From an uncultured Methanosarcinaceae archaeon (GTDB taxonomy: Archaea > Halobacteriota > Methanosarcinia > Methanosarcinales > Methanosarcinaceae): 64,000 bases of DNA. A program made the translations under genes and the position numbers. The notes below the pieces were generated by a model that worked only from the letters and a program-made list of their open reading frames with translations, ran no database searches and was not told where the DNA came from. Shown here in pieces: positions 11,814 through 23,626 of the stretch; the first letter of the stretch is position 1; each line of letters starts with the position of its first letter. The stretch is from positions 121,280-185,279 of the forward strand of contig CAVSHT010000013.1 of assembly GCA_963727895.1 (NCBI GenBank), written 5' to 3'.

Positions 11814-12193
11814 GCGTTATTTTCCTGCTTAAATCATTTTCTTTTTTTAGATAAAAAATGCAAGTTTTTGAACTTAATATCACTCATTTTTAAAACCATA
11901 ATCGTGAATTTACAAGTTCTCAAAGATTAAATGAACTTTTTATTTCAAAGCAGTAGCAATAATCAGGTGAAAATATAAAAAAGTTTTTTGAATAAGATCA
12001 TAGAATCTGTTACTGTTTATAATTCATAATAGTTAATACAATTACAATAGTTAATACAATTGGGGTGATAGATGCAATTATCAAGATACTATATAAAAAA
12101 TATCAACCAGTTAGTGATTAAGAACACATGCCTTCCATTTTATATCTCATACAACCGAAATCCTTATTGTAAAGCTTGCGTTATGGCAGAAGT

Positions 12194-12724
12194 ATGGAAA
12201 TGCAAAGGGAAATCCAGGTAATTTGCGGGAACGTAAGTATTCCGAAGCTTTCTGACTTCCTTAAAACAATAAATTCGATTGCTTCAGAAAATGAAGTAAC
12301 TATTCAGGGTTTGAATGCAGACTTGATCGCAGGAGAAAGGCATTTACATTTTGCAGTGGGAAAAGCTCTTCGTGCAATTGCTGCGGGCAAGAATATAGCA
12401 AAAGATCCTGGGATCGAGATTATGCGATATGCTTCAGGAGAAAGGCAGATTGAAAGAAGTTTCTCGATAGGGCTGCGTGAAGGAGAAAACAATGCTGTCT
12501 TCGTACTGCTTGGAAAAATGGACAATCTGATTCTGGCTATTTCTGAAATCAAAAAATTAATCCACGAAAGACCCTGTTCTGAGATTCTTGCTTATTCTGA
12601 GTTCAAAAAGAAGGGAATTCTTTCTATTTTTGGAATTACGGACACTGAAATTGAAGCTTCTGGCGAAGAACACATTCCAGAGTTTGTGATTGAGAGAGTA
12701 GCACTGGCAGATTTTGCAAAATAA
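12194..12724 (+). CDS. cgi121: KEOPS complex subunit Cgi121
   Basis: NADLIAGERHL, EIMRYASGERQI and VIERVAL motifs. Confidence 0.88.
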   Translation: MEMQREIQVICGNVSIPKLSDFLKTINSIASENEVTIQGLNADLIAGERHLHFAVGKALRAIAAGKNIAKDPGIEIMRYASGERQIERSFSIGLREGENNAVFVLLGKMDNLILAISEIKKLIHERPCSEILAYSEFKKKGILSIFGITDTEIEASGEEHIPEFVIERVALADFAK

Positions 12725-12775
12725 AAATAATCTGAGACTAATCCCAGGTATTTTTCGAGACTAAAAAATCCTTTT

Positions 12776-13500
12776 TCAGTCATTTTCAGACTTACATTTT
12801 TCTTCAAACCAGTCCATAAGAGAAAAAGCCAGATTCATGGAATTCTCAAAATAGTTTTCCTGGTTATAGATCTCTTTTTCAGATTGAATATATTTTCCTG
12901 GAACAAGTTCGTGCCCAGACGTCTTGATAAGATTTCTTATCCATTGTCTATCAGCCTCAGGATGGAACTGCAGCCCCAGAACGTTTCCATTGTAGATGAA
13001 TCCCTGATTTGGACATGCTTCACTTGCAAAAAGCTTTATTGCGCCGGTTGGAATTTCAAAAGTGTCCCCATGCAACATAAAACCGGTAAATTCAGGATAC
13101 ATACAGGATGGAAGTCTCAAATTTCTTACATCTTTCTGGTCTTTTCCTTCCACAGATCTTACTTTATGCCATCCGATTTCCTTATATTGATTCCTCGTAA
13201 CTTTTCCACCCAGTACGTCAGCAATAATCTGTCCCCCTAAACAGCTGCCAAACACGGGATTTCCTGATTCGAGTACTGTTCTTACGAATTTTTTTCAGGC
13301 TTTAACCAGGGATATTCTTCTTCCTGATAAACACTCATGGTTCCCCCCATTATAAGGAGCGAATCGAATTCATCAGGGTCAGGAAAATGAGAATCTTCAA
13401 AAAGCATGGTTTTCGTAAGTTTATGTCCTTTTCTGGCTATCAAGGCACCTATATTTCCTAAGGTATCGTTTTTCAGATGTTGAATACAGTAAATTCTCAC
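12776..13500 (-). pseudogene. Type 1 glutamine amidotransferase, frameshifted
   Basis: GGTMSVY, GSCLGGQ (nucleophile) and QFHPE motifs split over two frames at an A7 run (13289-13295). Confidence 0.85.
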
Positions 13501-13536
13501 GGATGTTTCCTCTTTAAGTAAACTGAACAGAAAATG

Positions 13537-13576
13537 CTACTTTTAAACTACTTTTAAACTACTTTTAACTACTTTT
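13537..13576. repeat. Short tandem repeat (CTACTTTTAAA, about 3.5 copies)
   Basis: Read directly, upstream of the GATase start. Confidence 0.8.
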
Positions 13577-13894
13577 CAAATTCTGATTCCGGCCAAGTTT
13601 TAAGTTATGAAGGCAAATTTATAAATAAAGCTTTTTTACTAATATTAATTCAGGACTTTTTTAGCCACTTTTTTATACTTCCTATCTGTATGCTTTATTT
13701 TGAAGCCTAAAAGCCCTCTCTATTCAAGGGGCTCTCTTTGATGAACGTTTCATAACATAAATATATGATTCCATTTTAGCCAAAAGATTCATTAATATAC
13801 TATTTGTGTTATGAGATCAATTAAATATCAAGAGTAATTACCTGAAAAAGATTTCATAATCAGGAAGCATATTATCCAAAACAGATTATGGGAG

Positions 13895-14992
13895 TTGATT
13901 ATTATATCTCATCCAAAAACCGTAGAAGAAATGATTGATTGTGCAGGGCCCATTGAGTGTGAGTTATTGCCCAAACTTATTCAGGTGACCGAATCTGCTG
14001 CCATTGCCGCAGCCTACCAGATGGGACGTGGAAACAAAAGTTTTGCCGATCAGGTCGCAGTCGCCTCCATGCGAAGAATGCTGAACAAGCTTGATATGAA
14101 GGGCATAATCAAGATAGGAGAAGGAGAAAGAGATGAAGCTCCCATGCTTTATATTGGGGAGCAGGTAGGGACGGAAAAGGGAAACCTTGAAGTCGATATT
14201 GCAGTAGATCCTCTTGAGGGAACAAACCTTACCGCTGATGGAGGTCCTGGTTCAGTTGCCGTTATGGCAATGGCAGAAAGAGGCGGAGTTTTCCATGGAC
14301 CAGATATCTATATGGACAAGATCGTTGTCGGTCCAGATGTAGTAAGATATGAAGAGGAACATCCTGACGAAAAGATTGACCTGGATGCTCCTGTAAAGCA
14401 CAATCTTGAGATCGTCGCAAAGGCTCTAGACAGAAGTATTGAAGAGCTTGTCGTTGTAATTCTTGACCGGCCAAGACACTTCCAGAAAATAACCGAGATC
14501 CGAGAAGCAGGAGCTCGTGTGAAGCTGATAACTGATGGAGACCTTATGCCAGGAGTTTCAACTGCAATCCGCGGGTCAGGCGTTCATATGGTAATGGGTG
14601 CAGGCGGTTCAGGTGAAGCCGTACTCACAGCAGCTGCAATTAAAATCCTTGGAGGAAAAGTCCTTGCAAGACTTGTGCTTCCAACAATTGCAAATGGAAA
14701 GAGCCAGGATAAAATCGATGCAGAAATCGAAGAAAAAATGCCAAGGCTCGAAAAAATGGGAATCACTCTTCAAAACATCAATGATGTTCTTGATACCAAC
14801 AAGCTTGTGCCAGGAAGCGACGTGATCTTTTCAGCATCAGCTGTAACTCCAGGCCATTTCCTGCGAGAAGTTAATCTTTTTGGTGGCGGAGATGCCAGAG
14901 TGCACACAATTTCTATGGGTGCATCCGGAGCTATCAGGTTTACTGACAGTATTTATATAAAGGACAAGAGAGAGACCCCTCTCTACCTGTAA
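13895..14992 (+). CDS. glpX: Class II fructose-1,6-bisphosphatase
   Basis: IGEGERDEAPMLYIGE, DIAVDPLEGT, LDRPRH and ITDGD motifs. Confidence 0.93.
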   Translation: MIIISHPKTVEEMIDCAGPIECELLPKLIQVTESAAIAAAYQMGRGNKSFADQVAVASMRRMLNKLDMKGIIKIGEGERDEAPMLYIGEQVGTEKGNLEVDIAVDPLEGTNLTADGGPGSVAVMAMAERGGVFHGPDIYMDKIVVGPDVVRYEEEHPDEKIDLDAPVKHNLEIVAKALDRSIEELVVVILDRPRHFQKITEIREAGARVKLITDGDLMPGVSTAIRGSGVHMVMGAGGSGEAVLTAAAIKILGGKVLARLVLPTIANGKSQDKIDAEIEEKMPRLEKMGITLQNINDVLDTNKLVPGSDVIFSASAVTPGHFLREVNLFGGGDARVHTISMGASGAIRFTDSIYIKDKRETPLYL

Positions 14993-15173
14993 ATTCCATT
15001 TTACTTCTTTCTATTTTTTCTTTTTTTTAAAAATGGATTTTTAAGATACATATAAAATTAAATTTAATAAAAACTAGATTGAACTATTAATTAGAGCACT
15101 AAAATTCACGGAATTAAAAAGTATAATTTTTAAAAATTTATAATTAAATAATATAAAAATTTAGAGTTAGAAT

Positions 15174-16484
15174 ATGAAAGTATATCTTGAAAGTTTTGGC
15201 TGTTCGGCAAACCAGGCATCAGCTGAAATCATGAGGGCAAGCGTCGAAAGGCTCGGGCACAAACTATTAGGTCTCGAGACCGCCGATCAGGCAGATGTTT
15301 ATATCTGCAATTCCTGTACCGTAAAGTACACTACAGAACAAAAGATCCTTTATAAGATCCGCAGAATGGGGGAGCTGGGTGTGCAGGTCATAGTTTCTGG
15401 ATGCATGCCAGAGGTGCAGCTTGAGGATATTCTTCACGCAAATCCCGAAGCCAATATCCTGGGAGTAAATGCAATTTCTAGGGTTGGTGAACTTCTTTCA
15501 CTAATCGAACAAAGAAAAAAGAAAGGGTTGTCAAAAGGAGCACACTTTGAACTTAAGACTTCTGAGCCTCTGGGTTTTCTCAATGTTCCGCGTGAACGTT
15601 CCAACCCGAATATTCACATCTGTCAGATCTCTCAGGGCTGTAATTTTGCCTGTTCATACTGTATTGTAAAAAATGTAAGAGGTAAACTGCATTCATTTCC
15701 TCCAGACGAGATTATTGAAGATATCCGCACATCTGTTGCAGAAGGATGCAGGGAAATCTGGCTCACTTCTCAGGATGATAGCCAGTATGGAATGGATACC
15801 GGCATCAAACTCCCTGAACTCCTGCGAATGATTTCGGAAATTCCTGGGGACTTTAAAGTGAGGGTTGGAATGATGAACCCCTTTTCTGTTCTTCCAATCC
15901 TTGACGACCTGGCAGAGGCTTTTGATTCTGACAAGATTTTCAAACTTCTTCACATCCCCATCCAGTCTGCTTCCTATTCTGTCTTGAAGAGGATGAATCG
16001 TCCACACAAAATGGATTCAGTAGATACGATAATTAATACATTCTGTGCTCGTTTCGATGACCTCTCCCTTTTCACTGATATAATTGTTGGCTTCTGCGAT
16101 GAAACTGATGATGATTTCAAAGAAACTGTTGAATGGGTAAAAAAACACCGCCCTGAAAAAATTAACATTTCAAGATATTCTCCTCGTCCACACACGAAAG
16201 CTTTTTCCTTCCGAAACCTGGACTCTCGAATTCCCGCACAGCGTTCACATGAACTGCATAAAGTATGCGAGCACATCAAGCTTGAATCAAAGCAGGCAAT
16301 GATCGGCTGGAAAGGCAGAGCTTTTGTCTCAAAATACACTGAAATGGGAGACGTTCTCACCCGTACAGATTCTTATCGCCCGGTTGTTATAAGTGGTTCG
16401 AATCTGAAACCTGGTCAGTATGCTAATGTGGAAATTGTTGCAGCAAAACCTGGTTATTTCCTTGGAAAATTAGTTGAAAATTGA
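15174..16484 (+). CDS. tRNA t6A37 methylthiotransferase (MiaB-like radical SAM, archaeal type)
   Basis: UPF0004 domain (FGCSAN, NSCTV, SGC), CNFACSYC motif and C-terminal TRAM domain. Confidence 0.88.
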   Translation: MKVYLESFGCSANQASAEIMRASVERLGHKLLGLETADQADVYICNSCTVKYTTEQKILYKIRRMGELGVQVIVSGCMPEVQLEDILHANPEANILGVNAISRVGELLSLIEQRKKKGLSKGAHFELKTSEPLGFLNVPRERSNPNIHICQISQGCNFACSYCIVKNVRGKLHSFPPDEIIEDIRTSVAEGCREIWLTSQDDSQYGMDTGIKLPELLRMISEIPGDFKVRVGMMNPFSVLPILDDLAEAFDSDKIFKLLHIPIQSASYSVLKRMNRPHKMDSVDTIINTFCARFDDLSLFTDIIVGFCDETDDDFKETVEWVKKHRPEKINISRYSPRPHTKAFSFRNLDSRIPAQRSHELHKVCEHIKLESKQAMIGWKGRAFVSKYTEMGDVLTRTDSYRPVVISGSNLKPGQYANVEIVAAKPGYFLGKLVEN

Positions 16485-16636
16485 TTAATTCTGAAACATA
16501 AGTAATTTTATATGAAATAATAGAACAGGTCTATAGATCTAATCTGCATACTTGATGAATCTGCATACTGACTGTTTTCAGTTTCTCTAAAACTTTTTTT
16601 GATATTTTCAATGAAAGCTATATCTTTTCAAAATTA

Positions 16637-17374
16637 GGTATTGTTAACTAAACATAATTAACTCTTTATTTCTGTATTTTATCAATAGAATAACCTAGTA
16701 CTTTAGCATTTCAAGACTCTTCGTATAACACTTTGTCTTTCTTCTCAATCTTGCTAGAAAATGCCTCAATATGCTGTTATATCCTTCAACAGTATACGTT
16801 TCTGCTTTGGATTGAGTATGGATCTTTTCTGGAAGAAACTCTGCATATGCTCTCCAGTGATCTGTCATTACTTCTCCAATCTTTTTTTTCTTCACTTTTT
16901 CCCAGAGTAGTTTTCCAGTTTCCGTTCCTCTGATGCCAAAAGAGCAGTTGATGAACTTTTTCCCAACTCTATCAACAGCAATCCAGATCCAGCAATATTT
17001 TTGTTGTTACCGATGTAAGTGTGCATCTCATCCATTTCAACAATAGATATCTCACTTTCACTTTTTAGGTTCTCTCACTCTTGACCAAATTTCTTGATCC
17101 ATTTTTGGACAGAAACATGACTTACCCCTAAAACTCTTCCTATTAAGCGAAAGCCCAATCCTTCAAGATAGAGTTGTAAAGCCTGTCTTTTAACAGAGGC
17201 GGAAAAAGCAGTTGATTTTAGCTCTACTGTATAGTTATAGCCACAATCATGACATTTGTAGCGTTGACGACCACCAACCATACCATTCTTTTTGTAATTA
17301 GAACTATTGCATCTGGGGCAGTTTGAAGAAATATATGTTATAAGCATATATATCTATTTTTGTTTACCAATACC
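16637..17374 (-). mobile_element. IS1-family element, full length, defective (copy 1)
   Basis: GGTATTG terminal IRs; Zn-ribbon/HTH plus DDE frames with internal TGA and TAG. Confidence 0.9.
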
Positions 17375-17456
17375 CCATTATAAAAAGAATTAAAGTCTAC
17401 TGTTGGTATGACTTTTGTATTATAATTAGTTTTTTATGGGATATTTGGCTTCCGCA

Positions 17457-18095
17457 TCTTTCTTCTCAATCTTGCCAGAAAGTGCCTCAATGTGCTGTTA
17501 TATCCTTCAACAGTATACGTTTCTGCTTTTGATTGAGTATGGATCTTTTCTGGAAGAAACTCTGCATATGCTCTCCAGTGATCGGTCATCACTTCTCCAA
17601 TCTCTTTTTTCTTCAATTTTTCCCAGAGTAGTTTTCCAGTTTCTGTTCCTCTGCTACCAAAAGAGCAGTTGATGAACTTTTTCCCAACTCTATCAACAGC
17701 AATCCAGATCCAGCAATATTTTTTTTGTTACCGATGTAAGTGTGCATTTCATCCATTTCAACAATAGATATCTCATTTTCACTTTTTAGAGCCTCTAACT
17801 CCTGACCAAATTTCTTTATCCATCTTTGGACAGAAACATGACTTACCCCTAAAATTCTTCCTATTGAACGAAAGCCCAATCCTTCAAGGTAAAGTTGTAA
17901 AGCCTGTTTTTTAACAGAGGCGGAAAAAGCAGTCGATTTTAGCTCTACTGTATAGTTATCCACAATCATGGCATTTGTAGCGTTGACGCCCACCAACTAT
18001 ACCATTCTTTTTGTGACTGGAACTATTGCATTTTGGGCAGTTCATGAAGAAATATATGTTATAAGCATATATATCTATTTTTGTTTACCAATGCC
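17457..18095 (-). mobile_element. IS1-family element, 3'-truncated (copy 2)
   Basis: Left IR GGCATTGGTAAACAAAAATAG present; homology ends at about 17457. Confidence 0.88.
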
Positions 18096-18098
18096 ATA

Positions 18099-18692
18099 TT
18101 ATTTTCTGCTGTATTTTCCCATCAATTCTCCTTCGGCAATAATATGTCCTATCATTGCATTTTCGAGATCTTTTCGTCCTGTCCCTGCTTTAAGTTCTAG
18201 CTTCTTATCCAGAGCATAAACACGGAAGAAATACCTGTGTGTACCTGAAGGTGGACATGGCCCTCCATATCCTATTTTTTTGAAATCGTTTAGTCCTTCG
18301 ACCCCAGGTATACTATCTTTTTCTATTTTCGCCACAGGCTCTATGTTCCAGACAAGCCAGTGTGTAAATGTCTTCGTTGGAGCATCAGGATCGTCTACTA
18401 TAAGGACTAAGCTTTCAGCTTTTTCAGGAATGCCTTCGAATTCCAGAGGCGGATTTATGTCCTGACCATCACAGGTATATTTTCGTGGAATACTACCGTT
18501 AGCTACAAATGCGCTGCTAAAAACCTTTATAGTTTGAATGTTCATAGTCTCATATCCTTTACCGGTATCGAGAGACTCCTTATTTACAGGTGCCTCTGCT
18601 TTTTCATTTTGAACACATCCAGAAATGAAAACCATTAATGCAAACAAGAATATCAGAACAACTGCACTGGTTTTTATATTCATATATAGCAA
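18099..18692 (-). CDS. YbhB/YbcL (PEBP) family protein, probable lipoprotein
   Basis: YTCDG, DDPDAP, FTHW and YGGPCPPSGTHRY motifs; ISGC lipobox. Confidence 0.9.
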   Translation of the reverse strand: MLYMNIKTSAVVLIFLFALMVFISGCVQNEKAEAPVNKESLDTGKGYETMNIQTIKVFSSAFVANGSIPRKYTCDGQDINPPLEFEGIPEKAESLVLIVDDPDAPTKTFTHWLVWNIEPVAKIEKDSIPGVEGLNDFKKIGYGGPCPPSGTHRYFFRVYALDKKLELKAGTGRKDLENAMIGHIIAEGELMGKYSRK

Positions 18693-18983
18693 CTCCTGAC
18701 AGCAGGAGAACTGCTTGACAATGAAATATTAAAGCTAAAGAGATATAACTTTAAGGCTCAGTTACATGGCGTACGCTAAAATATTGTTCAAAGACTGAAC
18801 TTTACAGTGCATTTAAAGTCGAATTAAGGTTTACTTTATCGGATGTGTGAAGATCTTACCTGAAAATCCAGCAGGTACCAACACAAATTCCTCATCTAAT
18901 TTGATGTATATCGGATGATATCAAAAGAAAAGACCTTTTAATCGACCTCTGAAAACTCTAGACTGAAACCCTTATACAAAGAA

Positions 18984-19190
18984 TCAGTCCTCTACATCAA
19001 GAGATTGAATAATATCGTGAACTGTAAGTTCTCCTTTAGCTACGCGCTGGACAAGCGGATAGATAAATGAACAATCATCCATAGCAGCCCACCGTGCTTC
19101 CCCGACTCTTCTTACAACTTCATCCATTATTTCTCCACATGTCTTGCAATATCTTCCTTCACTCTCTGCTCCACAAGATTCGCATTTCAT
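18984..19190 (-). CDS. Small CxxC...CxxC zinc-binding hypothetical protein
   Basis: MKCESCG...YCKTCG; GGAGG RBS before the ATG at 19190. Confidence 0.75.
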   Translation of the reverse strand: MKCESCGAESEGRYCKTCGEIMDEVVRRVGEARWAAMDDCSFIYPLVQRVAKGELTVHDIIQSLDVED

Positions 19191-19362
19191 AAAAATCCCT
19201 CCATAATCTATGGGAACGTAGAAAATAAATAAATTATGGTAATACGTGAGCATATTTACACAGTAGTGATAAAACATAGGCAAAGGGAAAACTACGAAGC
19301 AAACAGAGATAAAAGTACTTTGGCAAATATTTGAGATGATAGGAGAAATTAATAAAAAGGAA

Positions 19363-20562
19363 TTATGGATTTAATTTGCACTCACACATTTCTATAAGTG
19401 CTCCTTCCCCAATCCTTGAACCGCGTGCAATGAGCATATCTCCTGCCTGGACAACCGTATTACCTTTTGGAGCATAGACCCAGCGGTCAGCTCTTTTGAT
19501 TGCCATTACATGCAGCCCGGTTTCAGTCTCAAGCTTCAATTCAAAGAAGGTCTTTCCAACTATAGGAGAGCATTTTTCTACCTGAAGCCGGGTGATAACC
19601 TCTTCGGAATTCCTTACTGCGAGAGTGATGATAGGATGAAGCTCTATATCCCTGAGCACAGTATCCGCAATTCCGTAAGCAGCATCGGAAATACTTTCAG
19701 AAGCACTTGCAAGGTGCAGAATTCCCCTGAGCTGGTTTACATCCTCAACATGTTTTGCAGTTTCAAGAACCCAGTGCTGAAGTTCGTATTTCATTGAATC
19801 CATTTCAGATTCGAGGGCATTTACCTCATATGCAATGTCCTCGTTATCAAAAAGAATAGCAGAATATGCAAGCCCTACGGACAATTCGGACATATTTTTC
19901 ATATCCACAATAATGTCCAAAGCATGTTCAAGGTCTTTTAAAAGCTTATTATGCTCTATTTCTTTTGGGACGAATTTCTTTGTCGTGACCATCTCAAAAA
20001 ATAGTGGAACTCCTTCATCATGCCCTCTAGCAATTAAAACATCCCCTTGCCTGAGACGAGTTTCCTTGTCAGGGTCATAAATCCAGTCTTCATTTCTCCG
20101 GATAGCAATTATCCACATACCGGTTTCTAAATCGAGCTCAAGGTCACCGAGAGTACGTCCTGCCATTGAAGATTCTGCTGCGACTGTTGCCCTGACTATT
20201 GTTTCTTCAGCTTCCCTTAAGGCTACCTTCAATTCCATCGGAATTCCCATATTCATGAGCACTATTTTGGCAATGTCGCCTGCGGCATTTGCAATATTTT
20301 CCAAACATGCAGCAACCTGTAAAACTCCAAGAAGTCCTTCTGCCTCATCAACCCTGCGCGTACTTAACATCGCAGCCATTTTCATATGATAATCGAGGGT
20401 GTCCATCTTATCTTCAAGATTAAGCACCTCTTCTGCAATGTCCTCGTCATTATAAATCATTGCAGAGTACGCAAGATCTACCATGAGTTCGGAAGTATCC
20501 TTCATCTCAGTCAAAAGGTCTTTAAGATTCTTTGGACTGTATCTGAATTCTTTAGGGAACAT
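19363..20562 (-). CDS. PhoU/TrkA-C (RCK_C) tandem-domain protein
   Basis: Two repeats of MK..SEL.V.LAYSA followed by ETG..IAI.R...W.Y.P. Confidence 0.85.
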   Translation of the reverse strand: MFPKEFRYSPKNLKDLLTEMKDTSELMVDLAYSAMIYNDEDIAEEVLNLEDKMDTLDYHMKMAAMLSTRRVDEAEGLLGVLQVAACLENIANAAGDIAKIVLMNMGIPMELKVALREAEETIVRATVAAESSMAGRTLGDLELDLETGMWIIAIRRNEDWIYDPDKETRLRQGDVLIARGHDEGVPLFFEMVTTKKFVPKEIEHNKLLKDLEHALDIIVDMKNMSELSVGLAYSAILFDNEDIAYEVNALESEMDSMKYELQHWVLETAKHVEDVNQLRGILHLASASESISDAAYGIADTVLRDIELHPIITLAVRNSEEVITRLQVEKCSPIVGKTFFELKLETETGLHVMAIKRADRWVYAPKGNTVVQAGDMLIARGSRIGEGALIEMCECKLNP

Positions 20563-20726
20563 AGTCTCTATATCAACTCTACCTTATGTTGGTGTATATG
20601 ATTTATACTTCATAGTAATTATTAATTTTTGAATTATATAGGCTTTTCAAAGCCTTGTTAAAATATAATAAAACTAAATAATAATAAAACTGACATTTAA
20701 TAAAATAAAACTGGTTATAAAATATT

Positions 20727-21305
20727 TTATAAAATATTTAATACATGCAAAGCTATAAAAATTCCTGTAACCCCTACGAGATCTCCAAGGCTTGCTATGA
20801 AAGGGATTACTGTATCGTCTGGATCGATCCCGAACCTATGAGAGATAAAGGCAATGGCAATTGTTGCGCAGTAGACAACAGAAAGTTCTATGACCATGGC
20901 TATAGAACTAATTTTTAAAAGCGTAAAAAACGGCATCTCAAAGCCCAAGAAACTGCTTGCCAGAAAAACCAGTATAGTGACAGAAATTGATGAGACAAAT
21001 CCTACAATTGAAGCTGCAATAACGCTGTTGTGTGCAACTGGGTTACTCTTGATGTTATCTCCGAGCCCCATATGGAAAGCCGATGAAAGCCTGGCTCCAA
21101 GCATACTGCCGGTATCGCCTCCAATTTTAATGAGGGAGGGGATAAGAATCAATATCGCTGGCATAGAGATAAGGTTTTTTTCTCTTGAGTTTAAAATTTG
21201 TCCGACAAGAATTCCCATTATACATGTAATAAAGAGTACTGGAAGCCCTCGTTGGATGATTCCGTTTACTGTATAGTAAGGGGTTAGATGCCCTGTTTTT
21301 CTCAA
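20727..21305 (-). CDS. MgtE membrane-domain protein
   Basis: GARLSSAFHMG and GIDPDD..IP..SLGD motifs. Confidence 0.85.
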   Translation of the reverse strand: MRKTGHLTPYYTVNGIIQRGLPVLFITCIMGILVGQILNSREKNLISMPAILILIPSLIKIGGDTGSMLGARLSSAFHMGLGDNIKSNPVAHNSVIAASIVGFVSSISVTILVFLASSFLGFEMPFFTLLKISSIAMVIELSVVYCATIAIAFISHRFGIDPDDTVIPFIASLGDLVGVTGIFIALHVLNIL

Positions 21306-21934
21306 AACATCACCACCAGTTTTGCCGAGAGGAAAAGCATAAACATGGAGATAATATCTCCAAGAGTTGCAATAGAAGGCGTGACAACATTATCAGGATC
21401 AAAACCAAATTTGAACATTCCTATAGCTAGTAGAGCTGCAATAAAAGAGAGAATTATTCCGGACGTAAAGGATGCAATCACACAGATAAGAACAAGTTTA
21501 ATTATACCGGCACTTTCGAAGCCCAGAGCAAGGGTTACAAAGTGCCCGAGAATTCCAAGCATTACAGCAGCAATAATACTAAGGATAAGAGAACCGGAAA
21601 TATTATTCATGAGTTCGGGATTATGCCTATCAAGATCTGTAATTAGCCCAAGATGAATTGCACTGCCAAGCCTTGAGCCAAGAGTAGATGAAATATTTCC
21701 CCTAAGTCCGAGCACACCTGGATAAATGACAATCAATCCCGGGATCATTTCAAGTTCATTTGTCATTCCCGAAAATATAATTCCTGCAGCTACTCCCCCA
21801 ACAGTAGCAATAAGTTCAAAAGGCAGAGCCTCGCGTACTATTGATGAAATACTTGCATACTCACCAAGATATTTATCAATATACTGAGATTCTAAAGTAT
21901 TTTCATCCTTGCGTGACTCTGAAGACATGTGCAT
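21302..21934 (-). CDS. MgtE membrane-domain protein
   Basis: GLRGNISSTLGSRLGSAIHLG and DPDNVVTP..TLGD motifs. Confidence 0.85.
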   Translation of the reverse strand: MHMSSESRKDENTLESQYIDKYLGEYASISSIVREALPFELIATVGGVAAGIIFSGMTNELEMIPGLIVIYPGVLGLRGNISSTLGSRLGSAIHLGLITDLDRHNPELMNNISGSLILSIIAAVMLGILGHFVTLALGFESAGIIKLVLICVIASFTSGIILSFIAALLAIGMFKFGFDPDNVVTPSIATLGDIISMFMLFLSAKLVVMF

Positions 21935-22126
21935 GTATTATACACTGATATTATAAAATAATCGCCGATTGAAGAACATCATATATGTTTATAAAATATT
22001 AAAATCTGGGCTTTGAATTGTTTAGTGAATAAAGTAAAGAGTACAAAACTATCCCAATTTAGAAAGTTTTTTGACCCCCGGAAAAAAGATAAATAACTTG
22101 CAGCCGTTACCTGATAAAAGGTATTT

Positions 22127-22357
22127 ATGGTAATAGGAGTAACAATGATAAATGTGATGCCAGGTTATGAAAAGGCAGCATACAGAGAATGAAGGAATAT
22201 TGAAGGGATTAAAGACGTTTACCACGTTTTTGGGGAATATGATTTTGTAATAATCATAGATGTTGAGGATCTGAATAACCTTAACGACGTGGTAGATATG
22301 ATAAGAGAAAGTGAAACCGTCACAGCTACCAAGACAATTGTAGGGGCAGATCTTTAA
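22127..22357 (+). pseudogene. Stand-alone Lrp/AsnC ligand-binding (RAM) domain protein with one in-frame TGA
   Basis: Manual translation MVIGVTMINVMPGYEKAAYRE*RNIEGIKDVYHVFGEYDFVIIIDVEDL...TKTIVGADL; not in the ORF track. Confidence 0.8.
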
Positions 22358-22888
22358 GTTCCTTTACACTCTTTTAAATTAGTGCAAGTTATGTAAAATG
22401 ATATATAGTGAATTATATATTTTATTAATTTTTGGCTTTTGAATTAACTTTTATTCCGCTCTTATTTTTACTCTATACCTAATCAATTTCCTATATTCTG
22501 GCAAGCTTAAATAAGATATAATTAAGCAAAAATATTAAAAGATAAAATATCAACCACTTAATAATTCACGACCAGTTTAGTAGAAAAGTGTGGGTGTTAG
22601 TGTAAGCTCATGTATGTCTCTGCCTAAAACTATCTTCCTCTAATCAGATTAACGTTATATATTAAGTATTCTATTGTAGTATATAAGGACAGATTAAATA
22701 AATGAAAAATATGTTTGTCGAAAACATATATAAATCAGCTTCAATAAATTGAAATGAAACGAGAATATGTACCAAGTTAATTTTTTTCGAATTAATAGCA
22801 TTCTTAATTTTAGAGGCTTTCTACATAGCCTAATAATAAAAAATTAAGGATTTCCTAATTAACTATAGTTATTTATTATGAGAACCTC

Positions 22889-23587
22889 TATTTCTTCATT
22901 AACTGCCCCAGATGCAATAGTTCTAATTACAAAAAGAATGGTATAGTTGGCGGGCGTCAACGCTACAAATGCCATGATTGTGGCTATAACTATACAGTAG
23001 AGCTAAAATCAACTGCTTTTTCCGCCTCTGTTAAAAAACAGGCTTTACAACTTTACCTTGAAGGATTAGGCTTTCGTTCAATAGGACGATTTTTAGGGGT
23101 GAGTCATGTTTCTGTCCAAAGATGGATAACGAAATTTGGTCAGGAGTTAGAGGACCTAAAAAGTGAAAATGAGATATCTATTGTTGAAATGGATGAAATG
23201 CACACTTACATCGGTAACAAAAAAAATATTGCTGGATCTGGATTGCTATTGATAGAGTTGGAAAAAAGTTCATCAACTGCTCTTTTGATAGCAGAGGAAC
23301 GGAAACTGGAAAACTACTCTGGGAAAAATTGAAGAAAAAATAGATTGGAGAAGTGATGACCGATCACTGGAGAGCATATGCAGAGTTTCTTCCAGAAAAG
23401 ATCCATACTCAATCAAAAGCAGAAACATTTACAGTTGAGGGATATAACAGCATATTGAGGCACTTTCTAGCAAGATTGAGAAGAAAGACAAAGTGTTATA
23501 CAAAAAGTCTTGAAATGCTAAAGTACTCGGTTATTCTATTGATGAAATAAAGAAATAAAGAACTAGATATATTTAGTTAACAATACC
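22889..23587 (+). mobile_element. IS1-family element lacking its left IR (copy 3)
   Basis: Homologous to the other copies; right IR ...TTAACAATACC; in-frame TAG at 23341. Confidence 0.88.
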
Positions 23588-23626
23588 AAATTAATTATCA
23601 AATGGAAAAAAGAAACAAGATTAATA

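Noticed and set aside
12194..16484. Dedicated t6A operon (cgi121 plus methylthiotransferase)
   Set aside because: Separated by an opposite-strand gene and glpX; proximity alone is weak evidence
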